Below, one piece after another: positions 1 through 12,003 of a DNA stretch of 64,000 nt (position 1 is its first letter; the number at the start of each line of letters is the position of its first letter). The notes under the pieces are model-generated. The model worked only from the letters and a program-made list of their open reading frames with translations, did no database searches and was not told the DNA's origin. The stretch is taken from positions 9,922,001 to 9,986,000 of the forward strand of contig CM052818.1 in NCBI GenBank assembly GCA_028534125.1. Direction: 5' to 3'. Source of the stretch: Lama glama (Eukaryota). Position numbers and translations under genes: made by a program.

Positions 1-515
1 ATTTTCTTTAAAATTGTCCTATTAAGCCTGCCACTTTAAGGAAAAACTATTGATAATAATTGTCAATGGTAACATTTGAGCTTTCATGTAAAAATTCGAA
101 TTTAGGAAATCTTATATACACCACTGTAAGCCTGACAGCTTTCTGATACGTAAGAACCTTTCTGATGAGATTGGTGGTGATATTATTAAGAGTGATTTTT
201 AAAAATACACATTCTATTAAAAAAAGTGTCAACATTTGGAAGATCTACATATCTCAGTGAATCATTATTTTCCAAATGATCGATGATGCCCAAAATTATG
301 AATGAGAGAAAGGCTGACTCAAAGCAAAATAGACTGATGGATTTTCACGTGGCAGAGTGCATTAAAGTTCACTGACATGGTTTCAGATTCTACATTCAAT
401 TAACCTTTAAGAAATTGTCACATGTCGAATTTGAGTGTAGTATCAGAGAAGAACATCCGCAATAGTCTGAAAAAGCTACTAAAATACTCCTCCCTTTTCG
501 AGCTACAGATCCATG

Positions 516-1474
516 TGTCAATGCCTTCCAGCCAAACACTGCCAAGAAAAGAGCTGTAACTAAACAAGCTGGGTTTATTACTCATTGCAGGGAAGGAGAG
601 TATATACCAGGAGAGCCTGGCATCTTGGTGAAATGGTTAGGTAACTGGTTAGGTAATTTTGGGGAAGGATTTAAGAAAGCAGAGCTTTATTCTGGACAGG
701 ATGCTGTAAGGAAGTAGGAGTAATTCTATGATTGGGTTTCTTAATAAATCTTGTTTTTAGGAAGGTATAGAGGGTTGAATGGGGACCTCGAAAAAGATAT
801 GTCCGCATCCTTACCCTAGAACCTGTGAATGTTAGCTTAATTGAAAAAAAAGGTCTTTGCAGATGGTTGTAATTAAGTTAAAGATCTCCAGATGAGATCA
901 TCTTGGATTATCTGAGTGGGTCCTGACTCTATGACAAGTCTCCTTACAGAGAAAGGCAGAGGGAGATCTGAAACAGACACAAAGGAGAAGGCCACGGGGA
1001 GACAGAGGCAGACACTGGAGTGATGTGACCACAGAAGTGGGAAGAGATGGGGAAGGATCTTCCCCTGGAGACTTTAGAGGGAGTGAGACCCTGAAGACAC
1101 CCTGCCTTGTCAATTCTGACTCCAGAACTGGGAGAGAATAAAGCTCTGCTGTCTTAAGCCCCCATGTTTGTGGACACTGGTTTCAGTAGCCACATGCAAC
1201 TACCACAGAAGGGCCGCGTGGAGAGATGCCCGAGCTGTAGTTCTAAAGACACAGTGGTTACTCACATGAGCCAGAGCAGGGAGGTGTCTGGTCACTTTTC
1301 ACGGCTTAGACAAGTTCATGGTCTTGTTTTCGTCTCCGCCCGTCATGGTCACAGAGTGGCTCTGTCTGGGGTGGACGCTCTGTGACCTTGACCACCAAAG
1401 GCAGCTGGGTGCCAGACCAGCTCCCAGCAACACCACATCCTGCTGGGCCCCAGGGGCTGCTTTTCTCATTCTCA
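516..1474 (-). mobile_element. ERV-type solo LTR (family not assigned) inserted in Charlie1, itself interrupted by MLT1C
   Basis: Begins TG (516), ends CA (1474), interrupts otherwise contiguous Charlie1 sequence. A TTTATT (reverse poly-A signal) lies near 575. No clear TSD. Confidence 0.6.
766..1207 (+). mobile_element. MLT1C-like MaLR solo LTR
   Basis: Typical MLT1 motifs (GAACCTGTGAATGT, GGTCTTTGCAGATG, CTCCAGAACTG..AGAGAATAAA). Perfect 5-bp TSD GAAGG at 761-765 and 1208-1212. Confidence 0.9.
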
Positions 1475-2129
1475 TGGCTGAGGCTGGACTTTCTGCATAG
1501 ACTCCAACCTAAACAACCAATCACAGCCGGTGGAAAGCAGAAGCTGCTGTGAGAACCCAGCTGTTTTCTATTAAGCGGGCTTTAAAGAGATTTGCCAAAA
1601 TGTGAAACAATAAAGTTCTTCTCACTAAGTAAGAAAAGCTATTTTTCATAAAAATGTTATTTACATTAACACACAATGGTATTATTATTTTTGTTCATTT
1701 AAATAAACATTTGTATTTATTTATTAAGTTAATAAACACATAAAACATCTTTCAGTTTTAATTTCTAATCTTGTAAATATTGGTAAATATAGCCTCCATA
1801 AACTTCTTCAGTAATTTTTAAGAGTATAAAGTGGTCCTGAGACCAAAAATGTTGAGAATCACTGGCCTAGTTCATTGACAATTTTTGTAAATATACCATA
1901 TATACTGTCTAACTTTGAGGGGCAGGTTTCCATACATGCCCACTAAACCAACCTTGCTAAGTGTGTTCTCAATATGTATATCTGAGTTTTGGAAGGCCTA
2001 ACTAATCAATAATTTGGAGGGGTAAATTGAAATTCTCCACTTGGATGATTAATTTGCAATTTCTTCCTGTAGTTCTATCAATTCTATTTTTTCTTTACAT
2101 ATTTAAAGGGTATCTGATTAAGGCAGACT

Positions 2130-2238
2130 GGCTTACTAGCTGTGTGGTCTAGGACAGTTCACTTATTTCCTCTGGGCTTTATATTTCTCATTTGTAGTAT
2201 GTGAATAATAATAGTACTACCTCATAAGGTTGTTATCA
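2130..2238 (+). mobile_element. MIR SINE fragment
   Basis: CTTACTAGCTGTGTG...TTTCTCATTTGTA...ACTACCTCATAAGGTTGTT core. Confidence 0.75.
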
Positions 2239-2249
2239 ATAAGTATTTG

Positions 2250-3190
2250 CTACTGATACCTTCACTAGCAGCAGTTAGTGTAGGAACAGAAAAGGAGAAC
2301 AGTTGGATTTATTCAGTTGTGATTTTGGCTGGGGGAAAGGTGGGAGAAGGAATATAAATGGACAAGGATACTAAAGCGGAAAAATAATAGTGGGAGGATA
2401 GGCTGGATGGGAAAAGAAGTGACAAACCTGAGCAATAGGAAGAAAATGCAGTGGGCATCTTAATGAAAGTACAGGACGCATAGGGGGAAAGGGGATACTG
2501 AGTGAGCTGGAGAGACAATTACCGGCATAAATTTGAGGGCCAATGGAAGATCCCAGCTGTGGGTGGAATGAAGGGGCTAGGGTGATGGAGTGGTTACCCC
2601 CATGATTGCTGAAGCCACACAAAACGAGTGGTGCTGAATGGAAATGAGCCCACAAAGTCTTCTATGCTGGCCTGACCAGCAGAACAGGTGGCAGTGGAGC
2701 AGCAGGATGGCACACATCTCAAAGCAGAAGTGATCCTTGGAGAGTGGCACGGGCAGCTGAGTAGATGACACCCTGCTTGAGGTCCTGGGGACCTGGGAGA
2801 AGCACCACCTTCACTGGAGGCAGATGCAGGGTAACCAGGTCTTTAGGAGAGCCAGCTTTCACGGCAAGAGGATGGAGGTGCTTCCAGGACAGGGCCGAGG
2901 TGACAATGCTGGGGAGTGCATTTACTGTGGAAGAGGGTATAGTGTAAAGCTTGCAGGAGGGACCAGTGGGCCAGCGGATTAAAGGAGAGAAAACACAAAA
3001 CAGAAGGAGAGAAGACATCTTCCATCTGGAGCCATGGTCAAGGATGAGAAACGTGTGAGGCATGCTGAGATTGGCCAGATGCAAAGATCCAAATAATCTT
3101 CTAGACAATGAGGGCCAGGATCAGGCCCAAGATAGTGTCAGTTTCTTATGATTTAGACAAGGAGGAGGACAAGGAAGGGCAGTTACAGAC
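2250..3190 (-). mobile_element. L2 LINE internal fragment covering the decayed endonuclease region
   Basis: The reverse strand matches recalled L2 ORF2 5' sequence. Its translation HLHPLAVKAGSPKD resembles the L2 EN motif LHLLALTETWLSPED. Frameshifted. Confidence 0.7.
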
Positions 3191-3619
3191 AGATCAATAA
3201 GAAAGAGGACTTTTTAAATGAGCTGTTGTCTGACTGTAGTGTAGTCTGCCCACAGGGTAGTGAATTCCCCATCATAACTTTTTTGGTTTGTTTTAAAAGA
3301 AGTTGGATAGATGGACATCTTTCAGAGAAGCTGAGAGAAGGGTTGGGCTGCAGGACTTCCAAAACTCTAGGGGAAAAAAAAACCAACTTAGAATTTGAAT
3401 GTAGTATTTGACTACGTCTCCCTCTAGTGGTCATCCTTCAGAATTAACAAAAATGAATTAAAAATCTCAAACTGAAAGGCTAGGGTTGTGGCTTTCAGAA
3501 TACCCTAAATTGCATTTTATGTGAATTCTGCATGAAATCCAGATAATAATATGTGCATTTACTGTTTGAACCACAATGATGATTTTTCTAAATCAAGAAG
3601 ATGACATTAGGCTAGTAGT

Positions 3620-4085
3620 AGACTTCTGTGCCAGGTACAGAGAATCTAGGGATGAAGCATAAAACAAATTAGATTCCTGACTTCATGGGGCTTCCAGTCT
3701 AGCGTGGGGAAATAGATCATCAATAACCAGTAAGTGAGAAGGTTACAGCCTCTGATTAGTGCTGTGCACGAAATCAACAGAGTGCTGGCACAGGGACTGA
3801 GAGTGACTTACTTTAGATAGGGTGGTCAGGGAAGACTTTTTTGAAGAGGTGATATTTAAGATGAGAAGAAGCAGAAGCATATTCTGGGCAGGGGGAAAAA
3901 AAACAAGTGCAAAAGCCCAGTGATGGAAAAGAGCTTGGAGTGTTCCAGCTGCTAACAGAAGACTGGTACTAGAACAAAATTGGTGAGTGGCTTAAGGCTT
4001 GGATTGTGGTTGGCAGAGACAGAAGGGACCATATCATGCCAGCCCTTGTAGGCCTGGCAGGGGGAACCTCAAAAGCCATGGGAAA
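3620..4085 (-). mobile_element. L2 LINE 3' fragment
   Basis: TGTGCCAGGTAC...GGGCTTCCAGTCTAG...GGGTGGTCAGGGAAGAC...GAGGTGATATTTAAG, typical antisense L2 3' end. Confidence 0.8.
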
Positions 4086-6166
4086 TTCACTAATGACAAC
4101 TTTCATCCTAACTTAACAGGTTGCACTTATTTAAAAAAAATTTTTTTGACATTATCTATGCCTACACTTAGCTTCTAAACAATGGAAGAACTACTTTAAA
4201 ATGGGAATTTGCTTTCATATTAACTGATTTGTTCTACTGGCTCATGAGACTATAGACTTACTGGGCACTAAACATTCTTTCTGTATGGGCATTTGGTAGT
4301 GAATTGAAACAGGATGTTGAATTGGAAACAGCAGGTTCTTTGTTGAAAAACATTTCCACTTACATTGGCTATTGTTCTCTTGAAGGAAGTGAACATCACG
4401 TACAGGGCACTTACCTCCTCCTGAGGAGAAATTGGAGACAGCTTTCTCTTTTCATGAAGATGATTTCTGTATGTGAATTACCTCATCCAAAAGGAAGACT
4501 TACCTGAATTAGCCAAGCCCCAAAGTGTGATTGTTCTTCTTCTGCAATGTGAAAATGTGGAAAACTTAACATCACTTACACTTTGTCAAGTAATTTCAGG
4601 AGAGAGTTAAAAATGTAAGGCTCAGTGTAGAGCAGTCAGTTTTTTTTTTCCTTTTGATCTAAATATTTCTCACTTTAGAAGAGGCACTGTGAGAAATGAG
4701 GACGGTGGATGCTAGACAAAGGCAACCCTGTTATGTGTATAAGAGGAAAGTGTTCATTGCTACCCCATGGTTAGCCAATGCTGAGCACACAGCCAACAGT
4801 GCAGGCAATTGCGCGGTTGTGCCAAGGAGACAGCCTTACCTACCTGTGTAGCAGCAGCCTGGGCAGTGTCAGTCTAACAAGATGATGATGGGAAAGCTCA
4901 CTTCATCAGATGATGCAAGATGTGCGAATATGTTAGTTCTCCAATCAAAAGCACAATACTAGACTCTGGTTCGAAACAGGCAGCTGTAAGAATGGTACTT
5001 AGCCAGAAGGAGGAAGGGAAGAGGGAGAGAAGAGGCATGTGACTGGATCAGCAAAGGCAGTATGTCTACTTCCACCATCACCCAAAATACCTCCTGCCAC
5101 CCAAAACAGCACCCAAAATATAGGAGTGGGAGCAATAGTCTCACAACTGGGGATATTTAGATTCTAACCAGGATTAAAATTTTTCGTTGTTGCAAATTAA
5201 ATCATTTTCTAAAAAAAAATTAGTATAAGCATAGTTTGGAATATCTGAATCATGTATATGACACCTTTGAAAGTGAGTATTGCCACATGATTTTAACGCC
5301 CAAGTTTGCATTTTTATATATAATCAAGATGGTGCTAAGTCATGACATTTAACTGTTTTATGTATATTTACAGGATTGTTTTATTGTTTTCTATAAAGCA
5401 CATGATTAACTTGAAAATAAAATTTGCATTTTGTTACTTACTCCAACTAAAACCATGCAGTCTGTTGCTCAGTAAGCTCTTGGCCACATTCATTCCTGGG
5501 ATACAAGATGGCTGAATTGACCTAATGGAAGTAAAGCTTCTGTATATCAGAGAATATACACTTACTCAGTGATGTCAAGACCCAGTCAGCAGCTCAGAAG
5601 TTCCGTACATCATGTTGTTTACACCCCAAACTTAGGTAATAAGTGCATGGATACAGTACAAAAGCCTTTAGATCTAGTCAACATGCCAAGGTATAATCAG
5701 CTATGCTTACATGATAGGTCAAGTTGAAAGTAAATCTGATTAAGGAGCAGACAGTTTTTTGGGGGGGTGGTGGAAGAATCAGGTTCCAAAGCTATTTTTT
5801 TTTCCTGCCTAGAATGCTCTATATCTGCCACTTCATGTGGTTTCTAATTTCTCAACTTAAATGTCACGTTTTCAAAAGGGTAAGTCAAGGAATAATATCC
5901 ATAAAAGAAAGAAAAACAGTTCTTGAAAGAGAAGTCAGTAACTGGGACAAATTCTAGATCATAAAAACAATTGGAGAATTAGTAAACTGAAAAATGTGCT
6001 AAGAATTCACCCAGCATTCAGTACAAAGAAAACATGAACAATAAATTAAAGATGTGAAGGATACATTTTGGAGGCTTCAGGCATGTCTATTAGGAGTTCA
6101 AGAGAAAAGAATAGAGGGACTTATGGAGAAGCAATATTTGACGAGGTAATAATTTAAAATTTTCTA

Positions 6167-6276
6167 AGCGGGGTTGGGTATAGCTCAGTGGTAGAGTGCA
6201 TGCCTGGGTTCAATCCCCAGTACTTCCATCAAAAAAGTAAATAAATAAACCTAATTACCTCCCCCCTGCAAAAATA
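6167..6276 (+). mobile_element. Camelid tRNA-Ala-derived SINE (vic-1 type), internally deleted
   Basis: A box TAGCTCAGTGGTAGAG, B box GGTTCAATCCC, tail AATAAATAAACCTAATTACCTCCCCC. 16-bp TSD with 1 mismatch (6151-6166 / 6277-6292). Confidence 0.9.
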
Positions 6277-7051
6277 AATTTAAAAATTTCTAGAATTGAA
6301 GAAAGATGCATAGTCTCAAATGAAAGTACATTCCAAATACTAAGTAGTATATACAGGAATAAATTCACACAGAAGGCACATTGTGGTGATACAGGAACAG
6401 ATAAAATGTATCCAGAAATGTGTTTATGTGACTGAAAAATCCCCCATAAAACAAATTTTTGCTTGTTTTTATAAAAAAAGATAAAAATGAAAACTCCTTA
6501 ACATTAAGATTGTGTGTGCGCACGTGTGTGCTTAATATGTAGTTAAGTAAGCAAAGTCCTTTAAAACAGTTTAGCATACAAATGTGGAATAATTTTAGAG
6601 TATATTAAAATTTTATGGTTAAGAATATCTACTAAATATTTAAGATGGCCTAAACAAATTGACAGATACATAATCTATACATTCTAAAATTGGACTGAGT
6701 CTCTGAAAATTTATCAGTCTAATAATGACAAGAAATAGATGATTAATAAAAAAAAAAGGATTACAAACAGGAAATAAAAAATAAGATGGTAGAAAAAAGT
6801 CCAAATAGATCACTGATAACAACAAATATAAACAAATTCACATAATGAAAGATAAGCTATCAGATTTGATTATGCTTCTTACAAGAGATACACCTACAAC
6901 AGAATGACATAGAAAGTTTTAAATTAAAGGAAGTTAATAACTCAAGAAGAGCATAACCAAAAAGGAAAGGGTAAACAAAGTAAATTATATCAAAATTAAG
7001 TACTTGTCCTCATCAACTGCTGGTGTAAAGGGAATAAAAAGAGAAGCCACA

Positions 7052-7300
7052 GTGAAAGGGATTAAGAGGTGCAAACTTCTGGTTAAAAAAATAAATGAGC
7101 CACAGGGATGTAATCTACAGAAGAAGGAATATGGTCAATAATACAGCAATAACTTTGTATGGGGACAGGTGGCTACTAGACTTATCATGGTGATCATTTT
7201 ATAATGTGTGAATATAGTGTGTGCAAATGTCAAGTCACTATGTAGTACACCTGAAACTACAATAATATTATAAGTCAGCTATACGTCAATTAAAAAAGAG
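7052..7300 (+). mobile_element. 5'-truncated L1 3' end (L1MA9-like)
   Basis: GGTGATCATTTT...GTACACCTGAAACT...TCAATTAAAAAA followed by (GA)n. AGAG(A/CA)AGCCACA-like duplication on both flanks. Confidence 0.8.
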
Positions 7301-8181
7301 AGAGAGAGAGAGAGCAGCCACAAACTGGGAGCAGCTACTTGCCACATGTATCCAGAATATATAAAGAAAACCTGAGAATCAGTAGGAAAGAAACAACCCA
7401 ATGTAAAGAGGGGCAAAAAGCATGTACAGGCATTTTCAAAAGAGGAACCAAAAATAGTGAATACGCATATTAAAAGATGTCTTACCTAATTAGTTACCAG
7501 GGAAACGCAAAACAAAAAATACAGAGCTTCTATTTCACACTTACCATGTTGGCAGAATTTGAAAAGTCTGATCATTTCAGTGGAGCAACAAAGACATGTA
7601 TATTTTGATGACAGAAAAAACATTGTTACGACTTCCATAGTAAACGATTTGGCATGACCTAGAAAAGATTTCTCATCTGAAATTATAATATTTACCTCAT
7701 AGAGTTGTTTTGAGGATCAAATGATTTAACATCTTTTGAGGAAGATATTATTATTATGCTCATTTTTTTTTTCCATAGTAGGAAACTGAGACATCCAAAG
7801 ATTTAAGTAATCTGCTTGTGGACTGGGAGAAGCTATCTGCAATGCATATGAGCGACAAAGCATAATATCCAGAATGTGTAAATGTATCTTATTGATAAGA
7901 AAAAGACAAATAACTTAATAAAAAAGAGCATATTCACATACAAAACAAATGGTCAATAAACATATGAAAAGATACTCAATATTTTTAAAAATCAGGGAAA
8001 CACAAAACAAAAAATAGAATGCCAATGAAAAATAAAAGTGATGTTGAGATACTGTAACAAACCTACTTCTCTGAGAGTATAAACTGATTCAATTGCTTAA
8101 GAAGCAGTTTGTCAATATCCAGGAAAGTCTGCAAATGTGCAAAGCTCAGGACTCAGTAATTCCTAAGTATATGCCCCAGAT

Positions 8182-8300
8182 CAAAGGTCTTCAAACTGGG
8201 GTATGCATATCCTTGTGGTTATATGAAGATTTTGCCAGGGTACTGGGGTACTGATAGTTAAGAGAAACTTCCAAGTCCCATGTATACTACTGATCCCCCA
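8182..8300 (+). mobile_element. hAT-Charlie-like DNA transposon end
   Basis: GGTCTTCAAACTGGGGTATGCATATCC.. resembles Charlie-family termini. Extent uncertain. Confidence 0.45.
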
Positions 8301-8849
8301 CCCCCAACCCCAGCAACTCCCCTGTGCTTCTTTTCCATCTTCTCTCTTATAATTGCCCCTCCGATACTCTTCAAAAAGAAAAACAAGGCATACTTTTTCT
8401 TTACATTGCAATGACCAGGATCACTATCACCAACCTAAACTGCGTCAGGTGTCCAAAGATGCTTTTCTACTATATTCACAGAGTTGCATCATAATGTATA
8501 TGGAATTATTTTGAATTTTATACATGATTTAAAAAACTATTTCCAAAAGCCAAGTACTACAGCACATATACATGCACATATTTACTGGAAAATATGAAAA
8601 AAAATCATGTCTTTTATACTACTTCTTACTTTTAAAACCTCCATCATTTTAGCTACAACTTAACACTGCATTATCATAATTAAGCATGAGAAACAGCATA
8701 TAGATTTACTGTTTTAATTTATTATAAAATAATTATATTAGATGTACATAAATTTGATCTTGATGATTTTCATTAATTTATTATAAAGATATGTTCAATA
8801 ATCTATTTTTGATAAGAAAATTTATTTTCTGATATTCCTTGAAATATGT

Positions 8850-9465
8850 ATTAACACATTTCCTTTAATTAAAAGACTTAAATTCCTTTTAGCACCTTCT
8901 CCTGCCTCTTATGTTATTTGTTGTCATGTATTTTAATTCTCCCTAAATTTCAAACCATATAGGATACTGCTAGATGCAGATAATATTCATATATACTTAC
9001 CCTTTCTAGTGCACTTCATTCCTTTCTACATCTTTGTGCATCCATCAGGGATTATTTTCCTTTTTTAAGTGTGGGTATGCTGGTGACAAATCTCTCCATT
9101 CTTGTTTTTCTGGCAAATGGCTTTATTTTGCTTTCATTTTTGAAGAATATTTTTCCTGGCTATAGAGTTCTATTTTGGCAGGTATTTTCTTTCAACACTT
9201 ATGAAGATACCTTTCTATTTTCATCTGGTTTCCATCATTTCTGTTGAGAAGTCAACTGTCAATATTGTTGCTACAGCTTTGAAGATGTTTCTTTTCTCTC
9301 TGGTTGCTTTGAGTTAGAATTGATCCTGTCTTTTCCTTTAGTTTTCAGCAATTTTACTCTGATGTGTCTAAGTGTGTTTTAATATTTGTTTTATTTACAT
9401 TTATTCTATTTGGACTCTATAATAGTTCTTGAATCTATTAAGAATCATTCCTTTTGGAAAATTCT
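8850..9465 (-). mobile_element. Old L1 (L1ME-like) fragment
   Basis: T-rich antisense L1 motifs: TGCTGGTGACAAAT, TTTGAAGAATATTTTTCCTGG, TGTTGAGAAGTCA. Confidence 0.75.
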
Positions 9466-9708
9466 GGGAGGTGGGCACCCAAGTGTTCACCATGTTATTC
9501 TATGAGCTTTGCTATTTACTATGAATATTTCAGAAAAAATGTTTTAAAAGCAAAATGACAGGTCTTGCCTCAGGTGCTCACCTCGGACGCTACTCCAACT
9601 TTTTTGATTAAAAAGGTTGCTCTTCACTCTTGAATTCCTGGCTTATCATTTTGATTCCCTAGTTTACTTATTTAACAGTAAGATTTTCAAGTGTTCTCCC
9701 CATGAACA

Positions 9709-10249
9709 TGTATAATCAGGCCACCGAAGATGGCTTTTCCCTTGCTCTCTGTACATCCCCTGCTCGACCAGTCCTTGCCTCACCTACACCCTACTCACCT
9801 GACTGACCTTCCTTCTTAATTATAGAGCCTAGTCAGTAACTGCCTACATGTTTGCCCCCTAGCCTAAGCTAGTGATTATTCTAATCCTTAGGCCAGAAGG
9901 GCTCCACAGTTAGTTTATCAAAGGGAAATATCTGCCCCATGGCAGCCTAACCTGAGGGGCTATGAGGGGCGTGCCCCTCAGCTGGTTTCCCTGGTAACTC
10001 ATGAGTCAACCTGACATCAATTCCCCTATAAGCGGCAACCTCCTCCCCAACCCCTTCCCCAGGGAAGGCTGCTGCTGTGTCCTGCCTGCTGTCTATGCAG
10101 TGGGGTGTTGCTCCAGGACCTTGCTTCAGACACGTAAGATCCCTCTGTCCAATAAGCCATCGATTTCTGTGTCACTGTCTCCAGGCTCTTTCTTCAGTCT
10201 TAAGTCTGGGCAACACAAGACTTGCAGGCCTGCAGGATGAAGCCCAACA
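9709..10249 (+). mobile_element. Intact ERV solo LTR (541 bp), family not assigned
   Basis: TG...CA termini, perfect 5-bp TSD GAACA (9704-9708 / 10250-10254), TATA-like CCTATAAG (~10025), degenerate poly-A signal AATAAG (~10151). Confidence 0.85.
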
Positions 10250-10724
10250 GAACAAATCTGAGAATTATTGTCTAAAGTTCAGAAGCTTGAAATATATCTT
10301 GAAAGCTAACATGAATGCAGAAGTATCATGAAGAGGGACACTTGAAAGAAAGCAAGCCTTGCCAAAGATGATAAGGTCTAGATGCAGGGAGAAGGGGAGA
10401 AGGCACTGTTATAAGGATTGCGTTCCTAGAAGCAGCTGTAGGAGCAGAGAACTGTCACAATGATCAGATTCAAGGAAATCATAGAAGTCTGAGAAATTCT
10501 GTGCTGACCTTAAGCCCTATTGAGATTCCCAAGAAACAGACAACACATGTCTAGGACCAAAAATTTTTTTTTAAAAAAAGAAGAAAAGAAGTTATCCAGG
10601 ATCATGACAGCTAATAGATTGCGCTTTAAGTTATTCACAGAAGAATTTACTAATTATCTGTAAGGAATGCATGGTCAAACAAGAATACATTCATGTATAC
10701 ATATCATAATCAGCTAGGGTGTGA

Positions 10725-11095
10725 CATATGGATTCAAACACTCTTGATTTCCACTTTGTCCTATCTAAGTGGCCATGGCAAATTGCATGCCCTCTGGGTC
10801 CTTAGTTTTTATAAAATGGAGAGAATAATAATGATAACTTACTCTACCTCCTTCACTGGGCTATAGTGAGAAACAGTACTGTGAACTAGTGGAGAACATG
10901 GGCTCTGGAGTCAGGTGGGTCTGGGTTCAAATCTTAATTGTGATACTTACCTGGGTATATTGGGTAAGTCTCCATGTCTTTAAGCCGTAATGTGCTCATT
11001 TGTAAAATAGAATTAATGATGGTACCCTTAGGATTCACCAGAGTACAATGAGATTTTTGCACAATGACTGATATATGGTAATTAATATTTCCTGT
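10725..11095 (+). mobile_element. Two adjacent MIR SINEs
   Basis: GGCTCTGGAGTCAG..CTGGGTTCAAATC and CTCATTTGTAAAATAG cores. Confidence 0.75.
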
Positions 11096-11889
11096 TACTA
11101 CATAATTGAGAAATAAGTAGAAACATTTTGAAAATGATAAAGAGTTATACAGTTATGAACAATTACCATCTCTATAATGTCTCATTTTGGCTCTTTAAAC
11201 TGATTTTCTCTATTATTTCCAGAGTCCTGAGTAAAAGAACCCAACCAGGAACTGACTATATGCAGTATGGCCGATCTGAGGTGGACTGAACAAATCATTC
11301 AGACGTGAGCTTCCTGTGATGGGGTCTACTTGATGCTGGTTCCATAACTGATTACACACAATGATTACACATAAGTCTTAGGGTACGAAGAGAACTAGAT
11401 CTAAGAGAGCTACTTATAGTAGTACTGTAAGTCTAAGGCACCCCACAATTGGGATCCTTTGATGGAGAATGTTAGAAAGAGCAAGAGACAAAGGGCACAT
11501 GAGAACCACTCTAGTAGCTTTATTCTCTTTTGCCTAGGCTGATTCTAGAGTGAGAAAGCATACAAGTTCCCCTTTCCCCTAACTTTAAGTCCCCTGTGAC
11601 ATGCAAAACTTTATAAATATAGAAGGAAATCTGAACCTATTTAAAGAAAAAGAAATGAAGGGTAAATATTTCTGTGTCCCCACATGCAAATACGAGAAAG
11701 ATAATTGAAGGAATTTTTAAACATTTCAAATGCTTATTTTTTTGAAACATGTGAGAGATTCACATGGTACAACACTTAAAAGCACAAATGGTATGCCTTC
11801 CTTCCCCTTTTCTAGTCCCCTACTTCTTTTCTTCTCTAGATTCAACTACCATATCATACCCAATTTCTTATATGCCCTAGATATTATGT

Positions 11890-12003
11890 GAGTATGTGTG
11901 TGTGCATGTGTGTATATATATATAAATATGTACGTGTGTGTGTGTGTGTGTGTATAATATATATATATATATATATATAATACACACACATACACCCACA
12001 CAG
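11890..12003. repeat. Compound (TG)n/(TA)n/(CA)n microsatellite
   Basis: Directly visible alternating purine-pyrimidine tract of about 110 bp. Confidence 0.95.

Larger units (their letters stand above)
1..1864 (+). mobile_element. Charlie1-type hAT DNA transposon remnant (3' part), split by a nested LTR at ~516-1474
   Basis: 1-515 and ~1479-1864 are collinear with the recalled Charlie1 consensus (TTTCTGATGAGATTGGTGGTGATATT; AAAATACTCCTCCCTTTTC; TGAGGCTGGACTTTCT). Ends in the TIR-like GAGAATCACTG at 1864. Confidence 0.85.
5885..8180 (+). mobile_element. Old L1 (L1ME-like) ORF1-ORF2 fragments, interrupted by a SINE, a younger L1 3' end and MIR pieces
   Basis: A-rich sense L1 motifs (GAAGCAATATTTGA, CTTACAAGAGATACACCTA, GACTGGGAGAAG, AAACATATGAAAAGATACTCA). 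Confidence 0.7.

Noticed and set aside
4960..4983. ACFEP peptide resembling carbamoyl-phosphate synthetase (TACFEPSLDY)
   Set aside because: Only five or six residues match and the similarity does not extend; most likely chance.
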